Shown: positions 54,989 to 64,000 of the stretch, one piece after another | Numbering within the stretch: the stretch's first letter is position 1 | Layout of the letters: each line of letters opens with the position of its first letter | Source: Anthoceros angustus | Lineage: Eukaryota; Plantae; Anthocerotophyta | Length of the DNA: 64,000 bases | NCBI GenBank assembly: GCA_010909165.1 | Contig: VJWM01000003.1 | Location: forward strand, 62,001-126,000 | Direction of reading: 5' to 3' | Translations under genes and position numbers: made by a program | The notes under the pieces: model-generated | Told to the model about the DNA's origin: nothing | Seen by the model: only the letters and a program-made list of their open reading frames with translations | Database searches by the model: none

Positions 54989-55107
54989 GCAGTACCTCTT
55001 CTTCATCACAGCTTCCTCTCTTCCAGCCATGTTCTTTTCTTGCAAACTCTTCCAATCTTAAGCCATGTTTGATCCTTGAAGCAAGATGCAGGAAGAAGAG
55101 GTACTGC
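54989..55107. repeat. Inverted repeat with 16-bp perfect arms
   Basis: GCAGTACCTCTTCTTC (54989-55004) and GAAGAAGAGGTACTGC (55092-55107). Confidence 0.8.
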
Positions 55108-57269
55108 CTGTATTCCTCATTTCTGTAAGGCATGTCGAAGGAGGTTTAGTGAAAAGATTGTGGTAAGTGTGCCAAGCTTGGTTCTTCCATGCGACCGAGA
55201 AATTGTGTAGGTATAGAGGTGGAGAGTGTGAGGATAGATGGTGACTTCTTCGATCTGATTGGAGTTGCGTCTCCGCTCTATTGACAGAAAAAGACTCTCC
55301 GCAGCGAGGCATGAACAAGGCTCCAGCGCTTGTCGCTTTGGAGAGCTCCTGTGCTTGTTTTCATACCGAGGTCATTCGCCACTGTTTGTTCATGTGCCGA
55401 GCTCCAGTGCTTGGCTCCTTGCGCTTATGATAGCACAACCATTCTTGGCTGATAGCAGCTTTATGTCGTGAAAGGGAATTAACAGAGTGTAACCGCGATG
55501 ATCTGGTGGAAAACGGTATTTGCATCCCCTCCAGTTTGCATGCCATAGCTTCCAAATCGAGGACGATGACCTTGTGGCCGCCGGACACTTCAAAATTCCA
55601 AAAGTGGCCGGAGCTGAGGATCCGTGAAGACTCCTGCCCGGCCAGCAGGAATTTCCTCAAATCATGGGCAACGGAAACAGGACATGACGCAGGGCCGAGG
55701 TGCATTTGATGCGCCTTTTTCCTCATTTCATGTGAGCTTTCCTCCATTTTGATGCACGCGTATTTCTCCTAATATCGTCACTTACGCAATGGAGTTTTGA
55801 GTGTCTCCGTAGTGCTCGCCTTCCATGTGCGTATAAATGTACCTCGATTAGCAGACCTGGTAGCCGGGGGGAATTTTTGAGCGGAAGATGTTACCAATCG
55901 CTTTTGGGGTACTAATTACCCTTTTAATTTAAATATACCTTTTTGGGGTACCAATTAGCCTTTTAATTAAAATTTACAGATAACCTCAGCTCAATGGGAT
56001 TAAAATATTATTTGTAAATAATTTTTTTATTTAAAAGTATTTTATTTCTTTAAAAGTATTCAAGGTGGGGTTCTCCACAGTGTCCTGTAGATGGACGTTA
56101 TCAAGCACTTCATATTATAAAAATATTACTTTAGCCCAAATTATGCTTGATGCTATAAAAACTTCCAATGAGTTTTATGAGGCATCATACTCTTACTAGA
56201 GAGGGTCGTCTTAGTTGAAAGGATTAGAACTAATTCCCCGTACATAACTAGAGTTGAGAAAGATTTTAGGACGACCTCCATTCTCATCCAATCACGATCC
56301 TACAAGTGACTTTCAACTAAGAATTTTTGAATAAATTAAAAAGTACGAGTAACTTTTAGAAAATAGATTAAAATATATAATATCTTAAATCATATTATTC
56401 TAGAATAAATTAGAAAAAAAGAAAGGAATATAATAAGATATATTATAAATACTGAATGACTCTTGCATAATAGTTGTAGAATCATTACTGGAGCCACTTT
56501 GTGCAAACAATGTATACTGCTATGCATTAAGAATACAAACACATTCATTAGGCTAATTGGACATACATTTCTAAGAACCCCTTTATGGAGCATCCTCATC
56601 TTCGATAGGAAGCTTCCTGTTCTGTGATAGGTACTTAGATGGGGTGCCTAAAGAGAGTGTGGATGCCCGTGGTGCAAGTAGCTCAGGGCACACCATGCTA
56701 CAAGTTGTTGTGAAGCACACAAGTGGACTAAAATATATGCTTCTTCTTCTCCCACAACGAGGAAACCCTCAGCCCATTCATCAGCAACAGAACAAGGAGC
56801 AGCCTTCGGTTCAATCCGTCTATACCAGCCCTTGCTCCCAGGTCCTACGGCACTGCAGCAAACACATACATGGTCTCATGTACATCACATCATCAGGAAT
56901 CAAACACCAGCATCCCTGATACCGAGCCGCAGAGCATAGCACCTAAAAGAAGCACAAAGCATCGAGCACCCAGCTTCCAGAACCACGCCGTTACCTGGGA
57001 ATGAACGGGTCTGGACAGCTCTCGATGAATTTCACCGACCTGCCTTCCAGCCCGCGGCTCTTCCTCGGAAACCTTTCTCCGCAACAAGCGTTCATGGATA
57101 AAACCAAAACCAGGCACAAGGCTTACTCTCTGCCGCCGTGCGATGCCGGAGGTACCCGCTCCAGCTCCCTCAGCTCCTCCTGCAGGGCAGACATGTTTCA
57201 GCAAACCCGCGGATTGTGTTGCAAAAATGCAGCTCCTCACTGTCCTGCGGCAGGCTCACCTGACGAGCC

Positions 57270-58373
57270 TGGTACGTGGGAGGCTGCTGCAGCACGCGGG
57301 CCCTGCACGGCGATTCGTTGCCAGAGATCTGGCCTCCCTGCTGCATTCTAGGCGCAGATACGAGCTCCAGCTTGCGCAACCCTGTTCAACAAACCACTCC
57401 AGATTCAGGAATGCGGCTCTGGAGACACCGGGAGCTCGGAGCAACCAGCTCGCTTGCAAGCTGTGATATCAGGGCTCCTTGCAAGCTGGCCCAGGCTCTC
57501 TTACGTCATCGCTTGGGGAGGTCGTGGTGTCGGGACTCTCAGAGGCAGGCATCACAAGAGGACTTGGTTGCTGAAAGTTGTCCCTGTTCTATACATGGCA
57601 TCTTGGAAGTTGGACGCGCCCATGGGTTGATCGGGGGGGTCATGGATGGGACTTTATGCACTTTGCAGGGCTCTAGAGGCTTTGGGTCACGCATACAGGG
57701 AGAGGTGTCGTACAGGACAAGGAAAGCGTGCCTTGCCCACGGCAGTTTATGTTGTTTCTAGTGAAGCAGAGGGTGCACGAGGAGGAGCTCCAGTGCTATG
57801 TATTGATGATGCTGCCGATTGTTGCTGTGCTGAGCCTGGCACGGAGTGGGCTCCGCTCTTGGTGCGATCCTTGTCCTGGGGCTGGATAAAGTAAATCCCT
57901 TGTACCTGCCTTCCTTGCAGGCGACCTTTGGATTTCCCTAGAGCCTTGGAGTTCTGAGAGGCAAGCCAGGTGCTTCAACTTACATTGTTGGTGTTCAGGA
58001 TGATCAGGTTTTGTATCTTGATCCCCACGAGATGCAGCTCACTGTTAAGATCGACCCCAGTGTGCCGGATGCAGACACTACTAGCTCTTACCACTGTGGT
58101 GTAGTGCGCCGGACGCATTTGGATGCGATTGACCCATCATTGGCGCTGGGGCTCTATTGTCGAAATAAGGAGGACCTCTGTAGCCGGGCCTCAGATCTCG
58201 CAGGTCACTCAAATGGTGCTCCCATGTTCACAGTAGCAAAAGAGAGAGGCAGTGGGAACCAGGTTATGAGCCTCTGTCTGGAGGAAGATAATTCTGCAAT
58301 GAATGTACAGGACATCACAGCTGGGGACAAAAGTGTAGATAATGTTGCCGAAGAGGACTGGCAGATTCTTTGA
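57270..58373 (+). pseudogene. ATG4: ATG4 cysteine protease pseudogene, intronless and frameshifted
   Basis: AQALLRHRLGRSW, SIHGIL, GSWMGLYALCR, RGGAPVLCID, LVLGLDKVNP, YLDPHE, SSYHC, IDPSLALG and EEDWQIL* are spread over several frames. In-frame TAG near 57940. The catalytic GWGCM segment is missing. The 5' boundary may extend to ~56640. Confidence 0.88.
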
Positions 58374-58910
58374 TGTATTAACATAGATAAGTGATTCTTC
58401 AGGCTCGTCTTCCAGCTTAGATGGGATTCTTTGAAGATCCTGCCTTCACTTGATAAGTGGCGGAGCCATATCAGCCAGGACTTTTAAGCTCTCTCGCCTG
58501 ACTGGGGCCAAGGTCTGCAGATGGATTGCAGAGTCTGTGATATTTGTTTGTTGACAAAAGGCTGGAGAGTCTAGTCACCAGGAACCAGCATATACTTGGT
58601 AGCACTGATGGGAGCAGGAGCGGACATATTTTCAGAATCATGGTCACTTCCAATTGGTCCTGAAGATGGATGTTGCCTTAGGTTCAGGAACTAGGTATAG
58701 TATGAATTTTTGTTCATTTTGGCCTGCAAAGGACCTCTGTTTTGGAACATTGCGAAAGGAGCAGATTTACCTGTCAAACAGTGCTGTGATTTCCTGGACT
58801 GTCATACTTGTATTTTGCAATTTGTTCAGAGTTGTCTGCTCGGCTACTTCGGTTACAACTGTTCGTTTTTCTGAGCAACTCAAAAAGTGGGTTTTGTTTG
58901 TTTTCAACTC

Positions 58911-59500
58911 AGGATTCTGCAGCTCCAGGTTCCCCAAATTCTCCATGGAAGGGCAGAGCCCAAGGAAAGCCTCGAAGGGTCCCGGTGATCTGACGGTGTG
59001 TCGGGTCTATCACAAGAAGACCTGCTGCACAGCAGTACGGACTCGAGCTGCTCTCTTGTCATTAGCTGAGTTGGCCTCGAATGGGGAGGCGAGCAAGCAA
59101 TGCCTAGCCTTGTGGGAAGTGTACTGGAGTGTTCAGTATGTGATCCTCAAGTGGGAGTCAATCCTGGTCCTCCATTGCTGTGGTCTCCATGTTGTAAGAG
59201 GGTGTACGAGGCTCGTGGCGATGCGTTCTTTTCAGCAGATCCTTCAACTCAGGTACTTGCTTTGCGCATATTATGGGCTTCGTAGTAAACGTTTGTTGTC
59301 TCTCTCTCCCCTCTGCATGCACCCTTTGACATTATTGGTTTCTCTCAAGCGTGTTGATCCCTTGTAAAGATACTGTTTGTGCGCGGGGAAGGGAATGGGC
59401 ATCTAGCAGTACTGAATTTTGCAAGCTTGCTGGGTTCTCTGTTCCGAGTGCAGAAGAGGAACTGAAGAGTCTCCCTGCCTGTTATGATCGGAAAGTACCC
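58911..59500 (+). pseudogene. Folate-receptor-family (At5g27830-like) Cys-rich protein pseudogene
   Basis: RFPKFSMEGQSPRK..DLTVCRVYHKKTCC..GEASKQCLALWE, then a frameshift into LECSVCDPQVGVNPGPP; intron donor at ~59252; downstream exon VLIPC..FCKLAGFSV. Confidence 0.75.
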
Positions 59501-61200
59501 CACATCGACACCGAACCTGTTTTTTAGGAGCGCCAATCCACTGCTAAAGGTCGGTACAGATATGGCTACCTTAGATATCTGAGGAAATTTTCAAAAGGAT
59601 GACATCTGGTGAAAACGTTTCATGGGCCGTGGGTTGGGTTGACCAACTTTTGTTGGGTTCACCAACTCACAGGCGGACAGGTTTGAAACTTTGAAACCCA
59701 AGAGCAGGCAAGAACTGGCAGCAATCGGATGTCGTTTGTTGGCTGGGGTTGTTTGCAGGGATAGGGATTTTTTCAGGTTGGCTTCGTTGTTCTGTTGCTG
59801 ATGGTACGAGTTGAGGGTTTCCTGGGTGTACCAGAGTTGTGTTTGTATTCTTAATGTACTAAGAGTTTTTATTGAGGTGAAAAAACGATGGGAAGAGTCC
59901 ATCCAGGAGGGGACAACCAGAGAGGACCAGGGTGTTTGTATTCTTATAACGGGAGACATTGTTTGCATAAAGTGGCAAAACAGTTCGGCCAACAGCCGCT
60001 CTACAGACACTCTCATTATCCGAAAACAAAACAGATAATATTTGGCACAAAAAATAGGAAACAATTTTATGGTCTTATCATCTTATGTGGATTGTTCAAT
60101 TAATGTATACTATTAAGACATAAACAGTCAGGCAAATATGAATACAAGTTGGTTAGAGAGGAAGATCATAATAACAAGTCTAATTTAACATTAGGCTTAT
60201 ATTTTAATAATATTATATTCTATATATTTTATATTCTATTATTTAAATACATGATCAACAAAAGATATGATACAATATGAATTTTAAATACTAGCTAATA
60301 CTGACTCACACCGAACCTAAAAGAATAATATCTAACAATATGAAAATAATGTAATAAACCCTTTATAATAGTTAACATTTAGGCAAGTACAAATTAAATT
60401 CACTTGCAACTAAACAAGAGGGAGATAAAGAGAAGAAAAGTAGAGATCGTTAATATCTTTATTAAAACTCACTAAGAATGCATTTTCCACATCAAACTCA
60501 TCATCAATCGATAGAAATAGGTTTAACCCTAGAATAAAATACCCAACCTATTCAAATCAAGTGTTTTGACCCATGTATATTAACGTTGTATACAATTTTG
60601 TATGACACTAGCTCATATTAAGGTTGTCCTTTGTAGCAAAATTTGCGTTGTGCATTACAAAAAATAATTGAAATTTTTTGACCAATTTATTGGTTAAAAT
60701 ATGAAAGAATATTTTGAAAAACACAGAGACCTCTCAAGAAACGGAAGCCATTCCTACCTAGGTACTTATCCGATGCTTCTAATTTTTAGTGCAAGAAAAG
60801 CTTCCATAGAAGCCAAACCAAGACAGCGAAAAAAAAGAGCCACCAAACTATGAATACTACGATAACCCTTCAAAAAGAGGAAAGCCAGAATAAAACGCAT
60901 CTCATGTTCCAAACGAAGCTTCATAAAAACTGCCTCTTGGTAAAAACCCTAGTGATAAACAGCATGAAAGTACCAGCAACAATGTTAGAACCTACAAGAG
61001 CATCTTCCTAAGCACAAGTGAGTACGACTAAAGACACCTAAACAAATACTGCCATCGTAGAGCAGACCACGATTCAGCAGAAATTAATTATAAATCAATG
61101 AGAAAAATATTTTAGATACTATTTAATTAGCCTCGCTCCTTCGTTGTCCCTATTCTTCCACCACGTTATGTCTCAATCTCGAGCCAAGAATAAAAGGCAG

Positions 61201-62935
61201 TACATAGATTTTGCATTTTCCGTGAAGAATGAAGATGTTAGTTGGTGCGGCAAGATTTTGTTATGCAAGAAGCACAAAGCACGGCGAACGTTCGAGAGCA
61301 TAGCACCGACCCCCGTAGATACACGTGCATGGTACCACCTCTTATGGGCCCGCGCGCATATGGCGCTGCTTGTTGTCGCCTCCCATAGGCACGTGTGTAT
61401 GGAGCCACATGGTGCCCGCCCCCACAGGTGTCATGTGCAAAGCGCCATCAGTGTTCGCACATAAAGCACTGCCAGTGTTTACACATACATTTTAAGGTTG
61501 ATATCAAGTTATAGTTTGAGATTTACAATGTGAATGAGTTCCCAAAAAATTACATTATACAAAGAGTGGTTTAGATCAAGGCAGACTCTTGGATTAAGTA
61601 ATTCACCCCTCCGTTGCACACAAGTGCTAAAGCGCAGTGTAGTCTCCAATATTTCTTGGAGGCCATACATGTATACAAACATGTATCAGGGATCAGCAAA
61701 TTTCTATTATGCCTTAACATACAATTCAGGATTTATAGGGCATGTTAAGAACAGGGGTGGTGATTTCAGAGTTTTGGTAGGTATTGAATTAATTTTAGGT
61801 CATATCCTGAATCAAATCGCCAAATAATAAATATTTAATATTAGGGTTAGGTTGAATACCAATTATCTTTTAATCAAGTTATATTCTTTAGCATTATTTT
61901 AAGTTAGGTTATAGAAGGTTACTTTTTCAGTACTTTGTTTATGTACTTTCATGAGACATGTAATGATCAACTTCTGCTTGCGATCTCATGTGTGTTGAGC
62001 ACATTGTGTGTGCATGTCTGTCATTCAATCCATGCAAAATGTCTTTAGTAGGCTTTGCATGAAAGTGATATGATGTTGATGAAGAAAACAATGTTTAAGG
62101 GATCCTTTGTACAATCGATTGACTATGGGTCCCCAACTAAGTTATTCACCCTTCCGTTGCACACAAGTGCAATAGCGCTAAAAAGCGAAGTCAATTGCAC
62201 ATCAATCAGGTCACTCTATGGCAAATTCAAACATTGCTAGACATCATGTATCTAGTCTTTCCAGAAAGCGTCTTTTGGCTTCTGCAGTGTTTTGGCTCCT
62301 CTTTTTTATGAGATGCATAGCTCTCTATAACATCAAACATTCCTCAATAATTTTACAATCAGGTCACTCTACGGCAAATTCTAAACATTGCTAGACATCA
62401 TGTATCTAGTCTTTCTAGAAAGCGTCTTGTGGCTTCTGCAGTGTTTTGGCTCCTCTTCCTTATGAGATGCATAGCTCTCTATAACATCAAACATTCCTCA
62501 ATAATTTTACGTACTTTTTTAGGGTCAATTTTTTGTGCAATGAACTAGGTGTAGGGTGATGAGTGTCTATTACCAGAAATGAGTTGATTAAATCGTCCTC
62601 GAGCAGATTTGGCATGAATATTAAAATGGTGCAACCAATAGCCTTGACCTAAGAAATAGTGGAACTAAGATAAACAAAATGATACAATAGAGGATTTGTT
62701 TTCACACATATTGATATTTATAGAGATGGTTAAATCAGTCGGTGCTATTTGATAAATTGCACACCAGATGAAGATAGCAATGTGGATAACAATAGTTGAT
62801 AAAAACTCAAAAAGCAAAAGAAAGGCTGGATAGACTTGCAATTAGCTACTTAAGTACTTAGATTTTGCTTTTTCCATGAAGAATAAAGGTGTCGTTGTGC
62901 GGCAAGATTTTATTTTACATAAAACGCAAGCGCCA
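61201..62935. repeat. Repeat block: ~80-bp dispersed direct repeat and 153-bp tandem duplication
   Basis: 61201-61280 resembles 62855-62935; 62203-62355 resembles 62356-62510; TTCACCCYTCCGTTGCACACAAGTGC at ~61602 and ~62145. Confidence 0.75.
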
Positions 62936-64000
62936 CACCCCACAGGCGCATGCGCTCGCAAGCAAGATTGTGGTAACAGAGTTGTTGAGAGATCAAAGGA
63001 TTTAGGGATGAAACTTTGAGATGTGCTTAGCAACTTGACCTGTTCCTTTTAAAGAACTTGTGCAAAGGACACCCGGTAGGACGAAGCCTAACATCACTTA
63101 ATGGATCCCTTTGCAGAGCATTTTGAGAGTTAAGCTAGGGAGAATGGGCTAGAAAGTTGAAGTAAGTGCTATATATTGCATGCATCAAGATAGTCCCTCC
63201 AAAAAGACACATGTACCCGAAAGGCTCTCACATCTTAACATGCATTGTAAATTTTGCTGGAATTGGAAGATAGCTTGTCACAGCCTACCTAATGGTCACG
63301 TCATGTAGAAATCAGTGAAAACGAGAAATCTCCAAGACAATCTACATATGGAGTTGGTTTGTCGGACAAGGCCATCATCCACTAGCTAACCTTCATTTAG
63401 AACCATCATTGTCGAGAAAGTCTAGCTTTTTTATTGTTGTGCCAACAAGCGGTAAGGTCGAGACACAACTCCTTATACCCTTAGCAAATCCGTATATCCA
63501 GCTGCAGGGGAAAGGTGGATCTCGTTTACAAGATTGGATGATTGTGGGAAGTGTCGTGCAACAACATCGCTCACCTATTGTTGTGAGCAGTGATTCTAAA
63601 CCGTACGAGAGACATGTTAGGTGAGGGCGCCGACTTATGGGTGGAGCAAGTAGTTCCAACCACAACTATACTGCTTATGAGGAAGTTCAGGAGCAAACAA
63701 TTTCAGATTCAGAAGTTTTCCTCCGTTTCACTACAACCATCACTATGATCATGATCATATGCGATGGATGACCACCGCACGTGGGGAAAGAGTGCGAAGG
63801 GCAAAATCAAAATTGTGGGATAGTTGCAGCACTTTAAGGCGAGCACATAAAACAGCAGAATGAGCCTCTTACCACTTCTTTGAACATGGAAGAGAAGGTG
63901 GTAACAGATGTTGTGGAACATGGACGATTTTCAAAACGAAAAGTGCAATTGGTGGATTTTTTGGAGGAAGCTGCAAAAGAGGCATGAAGTAACTACTTGC

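Noticed and set aside
63150-63350. Faint Copia RNase H-like text (VFTD..SGTCVFL..IALTST) on the minus strand
   Set aside because: Too short and disrupted to support without a search.

Overview
Gene-dense nuclear DNA from a land plant with a compact genome. The short GT-AG introns and GC-rich gene islands look hornwort- or Selaginella-like, but the species cannot be fixed from sequence alone. Twelve apparently intact protein genes: DRP1 dynamin (16 exons), two paralogous plastid PDH E1-alpha genes about 33 kb apart, a matrin/U1-type zinc-finger protein, a 100-aa small protein, V-ATPase subunit B, a small plastid-type membrane protein, UVSSA, an intronless At3g49140-like protein, ATP-phosphoribosyltransferase, a cold-shock-domain/CCHC protein and an RDR6-clade RNA-dependent RNA polymerase. 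Features the ORF track does not show: a MIR166 hairpin with an exact mature miR166, a 5'-truncated CRE-like non-LTR retrotransposon with a 16-bp target-site duplication plus a tiny sister insertion, decayed ATG4 and folate-receptor-like genes side by side, two unexplained hairpins and several tandem-repeat blocks. The most unusual locus is RDR6. It has a uORF-packed leader, a duplicated RRM motif, a ~100-aa C-terminal insertion and a triplicated downstream element carrying antisense splice signals. Any regulatory system built from these parts is inference and untested.
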